Origin: an uncultured Gammaproteobacteria bacterium
GTDB lineage: Bacteria > Patescibacteriota > Patescibacteriia > Patescibacteriales > UBA12075
DNA length: 42,390 bases
Direction of reading: 5' to 3'
Assembly: GCA_964539005.1 (NCBI GenBank)
Contig: CAZIGB010000001.1
Location: forward strand, 1 to 42,390
Translations under genes and position numbers: made by a program
Shown here: positions 16,395-25,028 of the stretch, one piece after another
Numbering within the stretch: the first letter of the stretch is position 1
Layout of the letters: every line of letters starts with the position of its first letter
Notes under the pieces: model-generated
Databases searched by the model: none
Told to the model about the DNA's origin: nothing
The model's input: the letters and a program-made list of their open reading frames with translations, nothing else

Positions 16395-17561
16395 CTAGGA
16401 AGCCTCATTTTTCCAATGACTGGTCCAGTGTTTTTCCCAGATCATTTTTTTGAGGTCAATGAATAGATTTTCAGCTTTTACTTTGGTGGCGCGACTGGCA
16501 ACATCTTCGATCGCGCGGATGGAACGGATGAACTCATTCATGCCCCGTTCGATCTCGTCCGGATTCCAGGCATGTGGTCCGAAGATGTGGCTGAAGTCTT
16601 TGCCGCTGGCCCACCAGAAAGTACAGCTAGCCAGACCGCGGACTAGGTGCCAGCGAGACCAGTAATGATTCTCATCTGCAGAAAATTTTTCCGAGGTCTT
16701 GTAGGCGAGGTCGGCTAGCTCCCAAAGTTTGGCGTGAATGGGGTTATCGTGGTCTTGCCACATGAAATAAGGCTTATTCTGTTCGAGGTCTTCAAGGCTG
16801 GACTCCCAGTTCGAAGGAAGCGGCTTCACTTTTCCGGCAGAATCGTTTTTACTGATAAATTGAGAGATGGTCATCGTGTCAAAGCCGCCCCGATGAAGCA
16901 GAGCCTCGAATTCTCCAGTCTGGTCAAGGTGTCTTAGGCCATAGAGTTCGCCATCCGTGGCGGTGATAATCGTTTTGTCGCTGTTTAGGAAATGATTGAT
17001 CGTCTTTGGGACAAAGGTGCTGGAATGTCTGCGAGAGCGAAAGATGACAGAAAGGTCTAAGCCTTCGAGAGTATAGTATCTTTCTGTGTCTAAGGCGCCG
17101 AGTGCGCCCTTTCCGGATATTTCATCGAGAATGATCCATTGGTAGCCGCTCTGGGCGATTATTTTGGCTACGTTTTCTCCGTAGGCCATTTCCGGAAGAA
17201 AGAAGCCGGCCGGCTTGAAATCGGATCCAAAATGTTTCTGCAACAAGGCTTCGTTTTCTTTGATCTGTTGCCTGATTTCATTCTCGGGGATAAGGGGCAG
17301 AAGTGGATGGTAGCAGGCGGTTCCGGAAAGCTCAATCTGGCCTTTTTCAATCAGTGAATGGATGTCTTTGATCAATTTGTCGTAGCCCAAATCTTCCCAG
17401 CGCAAGAGCAGAGAGCCGTTGATATTGAGAGTAAAATGGATATCCGGACTCTCTTTGAGGGCGCGGATGATCCTTTTGTAGCTCAGCTCGGTCGCTTCGC
17501 GGATGATGTGGGCATCCGTGTTGACCGGTTGGTAAAGGTGGAGAAAATTCAGCCAAAGCAT
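16395..17561 (-). CDS. Glycoside hydrolase family 57 alpha-glucan-active enzyme
   Basis: 388 aa. All five GH57 regions are recognisable: LHLYQP, GQIELSG, FFLPEMAY (nucleophile Glu), ATDGELYG (acid/base Asp), ASCTFWWA. Confidence 0.8.
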   Translation of the reverse strand: MLWLNFLHLYQPVNTDAHIIREATELSYKRIIRALKESPDIHFTLNINGSLLLRWEDLGYDKLIKDIHSLIEKGQIELSGTACYHPLLPLIPENEIRQQIKENEALLQKHFGSDFKPAGFFLPEMAYGENVAKIIAQSGYQWIILDEISGKGALGALDTERYYTLEGLDLSVIFRSRRHSSTFVPKTINHFLNSDKTIITATDGELYGLRHLDQTGEFEALLHRGGFDTMTISQFISKNDSAGKVKPLPSNWESSLEDLEQNKPYFMWQDHDNPIHAKLWELADLAYKTSEKFSADENHYWSRWHLVRGLASCTFWWASGKDFSHIFGPHAWNPDEIERGMNEFIRSIRAIEDVASRATKVKAENLFIDLKKMIWEKHWTSHWKNEAS

Positions 17562-17669
17562 TTTTTGACTATTAAGAATTAACAGCTAACGATTGATAGC
17601 TATTGTATTTATTGATTATTCAGGGGTCTTTTATTTAGGGACAATATTTCAGTGTTAAAGAGTTGATTG

Positions 17670-19142
17670 TCAATTATTGCTCGTTTTTAATATTTTCTTA
17701 TAAAGCACGACGTATTTTTTGGCGGGTATTTCCCAGGTGTTCGATTCTCTCATGGCGCGGACTACGAGGTCGCGCCAGACTTGGCGATGCTTAAAATTTT
17801 CCAAGGCGGCAATGATAGAGCCATAGAGAGCCAAGGCATTGAAAGCGCTGAATGAGAAGCCGTTGCCACGACCGGTTTTCGGATTGAAGTTTTGGACAGT
17901 GTCATTCAGGCCGCCGACTTTGCGCACGACCGGTATGCAGCCATAGCGCATCGCTATCAGCTGGTTTATGCCGCAAGGCTCATGATGCGAAGGAAGAAGA
18001 AAGATATCGGAGCCGGCATAAATCAAGGTTTCGATACGCCGATTGCCCTTGAAGGGGAGCCAGACTATTTTTTTCGGATGTTTTTTGTGAAATTTTTTCA
18101 GCGTCTGGATATAGTTCTTGTCTCCGTCACCCATGACAATGATCTGGAGATCGAAGCGCAGGAGCGGCTCGATAAGCTCGGCAAAGAGCTCAAAGCCTTT
18201 CTGATAGGCGATTCTCGAGGTCAGGCAGATTACCGGCACTTCGCGGTCGATAGGCAGACTGAGCAATTTTTGCAAATGTTCCTTGTTGAGCTTTTTTCGT
18301 TTTACTTTACGATGGTCGTAGCGGCGGAACAGACCCGGGTCTTTTTCAGGATTGTAAGCATGATAGTCGATACCGTTTATGATGCCGAAAAGCCGATCTT
18401 CGCGATTTTTCAGGATGCGATGCAGGTCTTGGCCGAATTTTTTGGTCATTATCTCTTCCCGGTATTGCTCGCTGACGGTGGAGATGCCATCGGCAGACAA
18501 GATGGCTCGTTTGACAAAGTTGACATTGCAGAGATTGGGGTCGCTTAAGCGCGGCAAGCGACTGTGGCCGTAATCTTTCTCTTCAAGCGGGACATCCCAC
18601 CAGTTGCGTCCCATCTGAAAGACGAGATTGTGGATGGTGAAAATAGTCTTGGCTTTTTTGAGTGTTTTTGAATAGCGGAAATCAGTTTTGAGATAATAGG
18701 GAATGAGGCCGGTCTGCCAGTCATGGCAATGGACGATATCAGCCTCAAATTTCAGAAGAGAGATCAGCTTGAGGGCGGCTACGTCAAAAACCATCCAGCA
18801 AGCATTCTCCTGGGTAGAGGCGTAAGGACTCTTCTTCTTGGCTAGATATTCTTTGCTCTCGATGAAATAGACAACCAGGCCGTTTAAGAGGTAGGCTTTG
18901 TGATAGCTAACCCGTACCGATTCGACAGAATTGATATAGATATTGACGTCTTTTAGGAAAAGTTTTATCTGGTACTTGTTCTTGTCGATCAGTTGGTTGT
19001 AAAAGGGGGTAATGATGATTATCTCGTGGCCAAGACGATGGAGCGCCTTGGGCAAGCTGCGCGCGACATCAGCTAGTCCGCCGGTTTTGGAGTAGGGATC
19101 GAGCTCAGAGCTTATCGAAACGATTTTTAGAGGTTTGGACAT
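17670..19142 (-). CDS. glgA: Glycogen/starch synthase (GT5), paralog 2
   Basis: 490 aa. KTGGLADV motif and PSHHEPCGINQL block. Clearly diverged from paralog 1. Confidence 0.88.
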   Translation of the reverse strand: MSKPLKIVSISSELDPYSKTGGLADVARSLPKALHRLGHEIIIITPFYNQLIDKNKYQIKLFLKDVNIYINSVESVRVSYHKAYLLNGLVVYFIESKEYLAKKKSPYASTQENACWMVFDVAALKLISLLKFEADIVHCHDWQTGLIPYYLKTDFRYSKTLKKAKTIFTIHNLVFQMGRNWWDVPLEEKDYGHSRLPRLSDPNLCNVNFVKRAILSADGISTVSEQYREEIMTKKFGQDLHRILKNREDRLFGIINGIDYHAYNPEKDPGLFRRYDHRKVKRKKLNKEHLQKLLSLPIDREVPVICLTSRIAYQKGFELFAELIEPLLRFDLQIIVMGDGDKNYIQTLKKFHKKHPKKIVWLPFKGNRRIETLIYAGSDIFLLPSHHEPCGINQLIAMRYGCIPVVRKVGGLNDTVQNFNPKTGRGNGFSFSAFNALALYGSIIAALENFKHRQVWRDLVVRAMRESNTWEIPAKKYVVLYKKILKTSNN

Positions 19143-19154
19143 AGAAGGTATTTT

Positions 19155-19634
19155 CTATCTTGGCAAATGGTTTGAAGCGCAGATCGCGCCCGCGAGAGCA
19201 TCAGCCGCATCATCCGGCTGGGGGATCTCATTGAGATTGAGAATGGTCTTGACCATGCGTTGGACTTGTTTCTTGTCGGCTTGGCCATAGGAAGCGACAG
19301 CTTGCTTGATCTGGAGGGGTGTGAATTCGACCAAGTGGATACCGTGTCTTTTGGCGGCTAGAAGGACAACACCGCGAGCATGCCCGACAATAAGCGCGGT
19401 TTTTACGTTCTTGCAGAAAAAAAGCTGTTCGACCGAGACGAGCTCAGGCTGATAGCGCGTAATGAGCTGATCGAGAGATTCGTAGAGTTGCCAGAGACGT
19501 TCCGGCAGATCCAGGCTGGCCGCTGTCCTTATGCTACCATAATCAAGACATTCAAGTTTTCCTTTTTTGGCTCGAATGACACCATAGCCGGTATCCGCGA
19601 TACCTGGATCGATCCCGATTATGATATCTTTCAT
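19155..19634 (-). CDS. ruvC: Crossover junction endodeoxyribonuclease RuvC
   Basis: MKDIIIGIDPGIADTGYGVI... The ATG at 19634 gives a canonical N-terminus; the ORF track extends to TTG 19643. Confidence 0.9.
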   Translation of the reverse strand: MKDIIIGIDPGIADTGYGVIRAKKGKLECLDYGSIRTAASLDLPERLWQLYESLDQLITRYQPELVSVEQLFFCKNVKTALIVGHARGVVLLAAKRHGIHLVEFTPLQIKQAVASYGQADKKQVQRMVKTILNLNEIPQPDDAADALAGAICASNHLPR

Positions 19635-19639
19635 AGGGA

Positions 19640-20353
19640 TCAAGCCAGGTTGGAGTAATAATCAGCCACATCTTCGCAGTCTTCCAGAGCTTCTTCGAGC
19701 TTATCAGCTTTTTCCTGCTCTTCATCGCCAAGGCTAAGCGTATCCTTGGCGATAAATTCAATATCAGCCGATTCGATCTCTATCTGTCTGGAGTCGAGAT
19801 GTTTTTTTAATTCTTGCAGAGATTCGACTGAGGAGATTATGGTAATTCCCTCTTCTTCTTTTTGCAGATCTTCAGCCCCTAGCTCGATTAGTTCAAGCTC
19901 GACATCTTCATTTAAAGCAGTGGCGTGACTGATGGGAATGCGGATGACGCCTTTTTGGGAAAAATTCCACATTACCGATCCCAGCGCTGCGTTACATTTG
20001 GAGAGTAGGTGCCGAATGTTGGAGGCGCTGCGATTCTTGTTGTCTGAAAGGACTTTTATGACATATTGAGTGTTGGCAGGACCGATTGCTTCGTAAATAA
20101 GCTCCATGATCGTATCTCCGGCTAGCTCGCCAGTGCCTCTTTTGATTGCTTTTTCAATATTATCCTTGGGCATGTTGACTTGTTTGGCTTTGTCAACCGC
20201 CATGCGGAGCATAAAGTTCGTATCGATATCGCCGCCTTTTTCCTTGGCAGCAATGGTTATAAGATTGGAAAGTTTGGTAAAGGTGGCCCCTCTTTTTGCG
20301 TCAGTCGCGCCTTTTTTGCGCTTGATGGTGGCCCATTTGCTGTGTCCTGACAT
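19640..20353 (-). CDS. yebC: YebC/PmpR-family transcriptional regulator
   Basis: 237 aa. N-terminus MSGHSKWATIKRKKGATDAKRG. Confidence 0.92.
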   Translation of the reverse strand: MSGHSKWATIKRKKGATDAKRGATFTKLSNLITIAAKEKGGDIDTNFMLRMAVDKAKQVNMPKDNIEKAIKRGTGELAGDTIMELIYEAIGPANTQYVIKVLSDNKNRSASNIRHLLSKCNAALGSVMWNFSQKGVIRIPISHATALNEDVELELIELGAEDLQKEEEGITIISSVESLQELKKHLDSRQIEIESADIEFIAKDTLSLGDEEQEKADKLEEALEDCEDVADYYSNLA

Positions 20354-20510
20354 ATCTTTTTTTGATTAGCTTGAATATAAGAAAATCAGGCCTTGCCTGA
20401 TGCTATCAGCTTAGCATAATAATCGAAAAAATCAAGTGTTTTAAGCGGTTTCTCTAGGTCTTGAGATGGGGAGGCGAGAGTGCGAATCTTTGCGGATTTT
20501 TTTCTTCTCG

Positions 20511-20519
20511 TGCTATAAT
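20511..20519 (+). promoter_or_regulatory. Extended -10 promoter element for PGI/PMI
   Basis: TGCTATAAT about 30 nt upstream of ATG 20550. It lies inside the longer ORF-track reading (20466), which argues for the shorter start. Confidence 0.5.
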
Positions 20520-20549
20520 GTTGATAGATTTTTAATTAAAGAAAAAACT

Positions 20550-21623
20550 ATGAGTCTTGACGACAAATCGATCTATCAGAAATTAGATCAGGACAGGATA
20601 GCAGAGTCTATCGCCAAGTTGCCTGATCAGATCAGGCAGGTAATAGAAGACGCTCGGGTACTGAAAATCCCGAAGGAGTATTCCGAAATCGATAATATCG
20701 TATTGGCTGGCATGGGCGGATCGAATCTCGGTATCCGGATTATGCGCCAGGCTTTTGCGGATCAAATCAAGGTACCGATCAATATCACAGCTGGATACGG
20801 TGTCCCTGCCTATGTGAATGAAAGAACCCTTTATATCATATCATCTTATTCTGGCGGAACAGAAGAACCGCTGTCGACTTATCAGGAAGCGCGTCGGCGA
20901 GGAGCAAAGATTATTGCCATTACCAAGGATGGAGAGAATAATCCCTTGAAAGATCTCATGCTCGAGGAAGACATTCCGGGCTACATATTCAAGGCAGGAG
21001 AGAATCCGTCCGGTCAACCGAGGCTTGGCTTAGGCTATTCAATTTTTGGAATAGCGCTTCTCTTGGCTAAGGCGGGCATAATCGAGATCGATGTAAAAGA
21101 AACAGAAGACATAATCGCTCAGCTCGAGATCGGTAGTCGGAAGCTGGGCGTGAATGAGCCGACTGATCTCAATCAGGCAAAACGAATTGCTCTGGCTGTT
21201 GCTGGCAAGATGCCGATTTTGGTCGCAGCGGAGCATCTGTCTGGCAATCTCCATGTTATGCGCAATCAGATCAATGAGAATGCGAAGGCTTTCTCATCTT
21301 ATCTGATCCTGCCTGATGCTAATCATTTTGCGATGGAAGGACTTGTGAATCCGGCTCTCAATAAGGAGGCTCTGGTCTTTGTCTTTTTTAAATCTGATTT
21401 GTATTCAGCTCGAGTGAAGAAGCGAATGGATCTGACAATCGAAGTGGTGAAGAAAAACGGGATCGAGGTAGTCGAATATGCAAGTAAAGAGGGGAGTCGC
21501 AAGGCTCAATGTTTCGAGCTTCTCCAGCTCGGCTCTTGGCTTGGATATTATATGGGCATAAATTATGGCGTAAAGCCGGCTGATATTCCCTGGGTGGATT
21601 GGTTCAAGGAACAGCTGAAATAA
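20550..21623 (+). CDS. Bifunctional phosphoglucose/phosphomannose isomerase (SIS family, archaeal-type)
   Basis: 357 aa from MSLDDKS. SIS motifs AGMGGSNLG and ISSYSGGTEE. The length and C-terminal domain fit the PGI/PMI family rather than classical Pgi. Confidence 0.75.
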   Translation: MSLDDKSIYQKLDQDRIAESIAKLPDQIRQVIEDARVLKIPKEYSEIDNIVLAGMGGSNLGIRIMRQAFADQIKVPINITAGYGVPAYVNERTLYIISSYSGGTEEPLSTYQEARRRGAKIIAITKDGENNPLKDLMLEEDIPGYIFKAGENPSGQPRLGLGYSIFGIALLLAKAGIIEIDVKETEDIIAQLEIGSRKLGVNEPTDLNQAKRIALAVAGKMPILVAAEHLSGNLHVMRNQINENAKAFSSYLILPDANHFAMEGLVNPALNKEALVFVFFKSDLYSARVKKRMDLTIEVVKKNGIEVVEYASKEGSRKAQCFELLQLGSWLGYYMGINYGVKPADIPWVDWFKEQLK

Positions 21624-21633
21624 ATTTTTGTCA

Positions 21634-21668
21634 CAAAAAAAGGACGCATTGAAGCTGTCCTTTTTTTA
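21634..21668. terminator. Bidirectional intrinsic terminator
   Basis: aaaaaaa-aggacgc-attgaa-gc(t)gtcct-ttttttt between convergent genes. Confidence 0.65.
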
Positions 21669-21677
21669 TCCGGAAAA

Positions 21678-22406
21678 TTAGAAGTTGCGATAGATCTCAA
21701 AGAAGGCAGGTTCCAGCTTGGCTAGTTCTTTGGGGAAAGTCGTTTCGGTTGCGTTCTCGATGTCGCTCAGGACAGACTCGAAATACTTGTTCTGGTCATA
21801 AGTTCTGGCGCTTTCCGTTAATTCTTTGTAGGCAGTGTAGCTTAGCTTGAGATCGGGCAAGAGAAGCAGCGCCTCAGCGCTAGAGGAGGCAGAGGAGAGA
21901 TTTTTGGTTGCTTTATACATTAAATAAAGCTGATTTTCCTCAGGAAAATGATTTTTGGGGTCGCTAATTTCGAGTAGCATAGCTTGGCACTGGTCAATGA
22001 GAATGATGGCGTCCGCGGGCGCCTTGGCGATTTTTTCTGATGCTTGGAGTTTTTCGTAGATTTCGGATAGGGTTTTTTGCCATGTCTCTGCTTCGATATC
22101 GCTTGGCGGAGTATTGATGAACTCGTTGATCGTGTCGCGCCAAAGAGCGAGCAGGTCTTTTTGGTAAAAGCTGAATTTTTCCAGGTCATTGTCATGGGTA
22201 GCGATCCGCATCAGTCTGATCGTGGCAAGGAAAGAGGTCACGCTCTCCTGGAAATCAGCGGGGCGCGGAGGGATAGAGTGCTCAAACTCTGTAGCGGTCG
22301 GAGCGGGTTGGCTCTTTTTTTTCTGATGATAATAACTAAGCCCGAGAGTAGCGATAATGAGGACAAGGCTAAGGATGGCCAGTTGTTTGGAATTAATCTT
22401 TTTCAT
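21678..22406 (-). CDS. Hypothetical N-terminally anchored helical protein
   Basis: 242 aa. Single N-terminal TM (LAILSLVLIIATLGL). The rest is helix-rich with no recognised motif. Confidence 0.55.
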   Translation of the reverse strand: MKKINSKQLAILSLVLIIATLGLSYYHQKKKSQPAPTATEFEHSIPPRPADFQESVTSFLATIRLMRIATHDNDLEKFSFYQKDLLALWRDTINEFINTPPSDIEAETWQKTLSEIYEKLQASEKIAKAPADAIILIDQCQAMLLEISDPKNHFPEENQLYLMYKATKNLSSASSSAEALLLLPDLKLSYTAYKELTESARTYDQNKYFESVLSDIENATETTFPKELAKLEPAFFEIYRNF

Positions 22407-23052
22407 AAGAAAGAATCTTTTGCGCTTCGAAATGATTCGTATCAGTGATGCGTCCGATCAGACGGAGCTTATTGCCGGGATAAATCAGGGAAGAGTCGAT
22501 CTGAGCAGAGCTGGCAAAACCGAGATTCCAGGTTTTACCATCGAATCCGGCCAGAATGAAGCTGTCGGTCGATTCAATCGTGGCAACCGTGCCAGAGAGA
22601 AGTCCCTTTTCCGCGGCTTGCCAGACGCGATCACGATCACCCATTAGCCAGAGATAAGAAGGTGAATCAAGAACAAGATTTTCGAGAGACCGGGAAATAT
22701 CTAGGTAGCAAGCTCCGAGGCTGATAGCCAAGGATAAGAAAATAACGATAATAAGCGGCTTTAGCCGATAAAATGAACGGCGCATAAGACTGAAATAAGA
22801 TAGACAAGCGATGAAAAGCGTGATAAGCGCGACCACAAAGGCCTTGATTGGAAAGATGATTAGGAAGAATGAGGCAATACTATCACTATAAAGCTTGGCT
22901 ATTTCCCAATCGGCAGAAATGGTCACATGGCAGACCAGGGCAAAAAAGAGGGTAGAGACAAGAATAGAAAGCAAAAACACGAGCCAAAGGAAGCTATCTA
23001 CTAAGAGGCGTGGCCAGTCTTCATGGTAATTGTTTTGAGAAAATCTGATCAT
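22393..23052 (-). CDS. Hypothetical polytopic membrane protein with C-terminal soluble domain
   Basis: 219 aa. About 4 hydrophobic segments followed by roughly 80 aa soluble. Overlaps the downstream gene by 14 nt. Confidence 0.55.
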   Translation of the reverse strand: MIRFSQNNYHEDWPRLLVDSFLWLVFLLSILVSTLFFALVCHVTISADWEIAKLYSDSIASFFLIIFPIKAFVVALITLFIACLSYFSLMRRSFYRLKPLIIVIFLSLAISLGACYLDISRSLENLVLDSPSYLWLMGDRDRVWQAAEKGLLSGTVATIESTDSFILAGFDGKTWNLGFASSAQIDSSLIYPGNKLRLIGRITDTNHFEAQKILSYEKD

Positions 23053-23164
23053 GCTTTTATTATAGCATGGGTGAGACTATATTCAATAATGGCTAGCGGC
23101 TTGACAATCGAGCTTGGCTATATTATGCTATTTTCAGTCCCGTAAAGGGCTATTATTTTTTCCA

Positions 23165-23236
23165 GGTCCCTTCGTCTAATGGTTAGGACACCAGGTTTTC
23201 ATCCTGATAACAGGGGTTCGATTCCCCTAGGGATCA
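23165..23236 (+). tRNA. tRNA-Glu (TTC)
   Basis: GGTCCCTTCGTCTAATGGTTAGGAC... with anticodon loop TTTTCAT, T arm GGGGTTCGATTCCCC and acceptor GGTCCCT/AGGGATC. Confidence 0.9.
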
Positions 23237-23245
23237 CATATAAAT

Positions 23246-23266
23246 GCTCCTTTTTTAGGAGCTTTT
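23246..23266 (+). terminator. Short hairpin with T-run after tRNA-Glu
   Basis: gctcct-ttttt-aggagc followed by tttt. Confidence 0.5.
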
Positions 23267-23281
23267 ATTATAATTTCTTAT

Positions 23282-24334
23282 ATGTGGGTACTTGGTATAG
23301 AGACAAGCTGTGATGAGACAGCGGCGGCGATTGCCGATGATAGCGGGAATTCGATCCGGATCGTTTCGGAGCTTGTTTCTTCGCAGATCGATCTGCATCG
23401 GCGATATGGCGGGGTGGTGCCGGAAGTGGCGGCGCGTGAGCATGTTTTGAATATTCTGCCAGTGATTGACGAGACATTGCGGCAAGCCGGTCTTGACCCC
23501 CGGAATATGAGCAGGCAGAGGGACGGCCTGGATGCAATCGCGGTCAGCGCTGGACCGGGTCTGATGAGCGCGCTCCAGACCGGCGTAGAGACAGCTAAGG
23601 CGCTTGCTTGGGTTTGGGGTGTGCCGGCCCTAGCGATCAATCACATTGAAGGGCATATTTATTCCAATTTTATAAACAGGCAGGAGGAGATACGCTTTCC
23701 TGCTCTGGTTCTGACTGTGTCGGGCGGACATACGCTCTTGGTTGAGATGAAAGGACACGGACAACTGCGTATAGTGGGCGAGACCAGAGATGATGCGGCT
23801 GGAGAGGCCTTTGATAAGGCGGCGCAGCTGATGGGACTGGCTTATCCCGGGGGTCCGATAATTGCGGAGCGAGCTCAGCGATATCGGTCGGAAAAATTAT
23901 TGGCAAAGAGCGGAAGTGTCCATTTGCCTCGTCCGATGATTGATTCGGATGTCTTAGATTTTTCTTTTTCCGGATTAAAGACAGCGATCCGCTATGCTTT
24001 GCAGGCGGATGAGGATTGGCAAGAGCGAATCGATGAATATTGTCATGAATTCGAAGAAGCGGTAGTTGAGGTGTTGCGGGTAAAAGCGATCAAAGCTGCT
24101 CGGAGATCTGCTGCCAGGACTTTGATCCTGGCGGGGGGAGTATCTGCTAATCGGCGTTTGCGCGAGGCTCTTTCAGTCGCCACTGAAGCGCAAGGTTTGG
24201 CATTCGTGATGCCAGAGCAGCACTACACTACAGACAATGCCGCAATGATCGCCTGCGCTGGCGTTTTTAAACTGAAGCGGCCCAAGCCTTATCGGAAAGA
24301 TTTTATAGCTGATCCTAATCTCGGTCTGCAATAG
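23282..24334 (+). CDS. tsaD: tRNA N6-adenosine threonylcarbamoyltransferase TsaD
   Basis: 350 aa with motifs LGIETSCDETAAAI, NHIEGH, GGVSANRRLR. Confidence 0.93.
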   Translation: MWVLGIETSCDETAAAIADDSGNSIRIVSELVSSQIDLHRRYGGVVPEVAAREHVLNILPVIDETLRQAGLDPRNMSRQRDGLDAIAVSAGPGLMSALQTGVETAKALAWVWGVPALAINHIEGHIYSNFINRQEEIRFPALVLTVSGGHTLLVEMKGHGQLRIVGETRDDAAGEAFDKAAQLMGLAYPGGPIIAERAQRYRSEKLLAKSGSVHLPRPMIDSDVLDFSFSGLKTAIRYALQADEDWQERIDEYCHEFEEAVVEVLRVKAIKAARRSAARTLILAGGVSANRRLREALSVATEAQGLAFVMPEQHYTTDNAAMIACAGVFKLKRPKPYRKDFIADPNLGLQ

Positions 24335-24369
24335 GTGAAAAATTATAATTTTTAAAAAGATCGGGAAAT

Positions 24370-24412
24370 AAAAAACATCCTGACTGCTTAGCAGTCAGGA
24401 TGTTTTGTTTTG
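24370..24412. terminator. Bidirectional intrinsic terminator
   Basis: 12-bp perfect stem catcctgactgc-tta-gcagtcaggatg, with an A-run before and ttttgtttt after. Confidence 0.85.
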
Positions 24413-24428
24413 GTAATCCGTTTCTGGT

Positions 24429-24998
24429 TTAAATAATGCCACGCGCTTTCATTTCAAAGAAGCATTTCTGCATGGCCTCGACATCGGCTAGAGCGTTGTG
24501 TGCGTTTTTGAAATCGTGTCCGAAAAGTTTTTGGTGAAGCTCGGAAAGACGGGGCCATTTATAGCCATAGGCACCGGGAATCTGGCAATAGTTTGTGCTT
24601 TCGGCCATAGTGCAGATCTTGTTCATGTTCAAGAGCTGATGATTGAAGCCTTGCCGGATGAGCTCAGCGCCCATTATCTTCTCGTCAAATCTTATATTGT
24701 GAGCCACTAGCGTGCCTGACTCCTTGAGGGCCCAGACAAACATATCGAGCGCGGCATCGAGATCGATTCCTTCGGTAAGGGCGCGTTCAGTCGTCACGCC
24801 ATGCACCTCAGAGACTTTTGCGGGAATTATAAAACCGACTGGCTTGATAATGGATTCGTGTCGGGCAAGCTCATTGCCTTCTTTGTCCGCGAGAATCCAG
24901 GCGAGCTGGACTAAGCGCGGCCAATTGGCCAGATCGCTGGCCGGCGCGTGCCAGGACTTAGGCAAGCCCGTGGTTTCGGTATCGAAAAAGAGAAACAT
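24429..24998 (-). CDS. DEDDh 3'-5' exonuclease (DnaQ/epsilon-like, stand-alone)
   Basis: 189 aa with motifs FFDTETTGL, HNIRFDEKI, HNALADVEA. Confidence 0.85.
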   Translation of the reverse strand: MFLFFDTETTGLPKSWHAPASDLANWPRLVQLAWILADKEGNELARHESIIKPVGFIIPAKVSEVHGVTTERALTEGIDLDAALDMFVWALKESGTLVAHNIRFDEKIMGAELIRQGFNHQLLNMNKICTMAESTNYCQIPGAYGYKWPRLSELHQKLFGHDFKNAHNALADVEAMQKCFFEMKARGII

Positions 24999-25028
24999 AT
25001 TCTACTATTAACTATTAACAATTGACAG

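Noticed and set aside
20466-20549. Long N-terminal extension of PGI/PMI (MGRRECESL...)
   Set aside because: It contains the TGCTATAAT promoter element, has an odd Cys/Phe-rich composition and is absent from the family. ATG 20550 is preferred.
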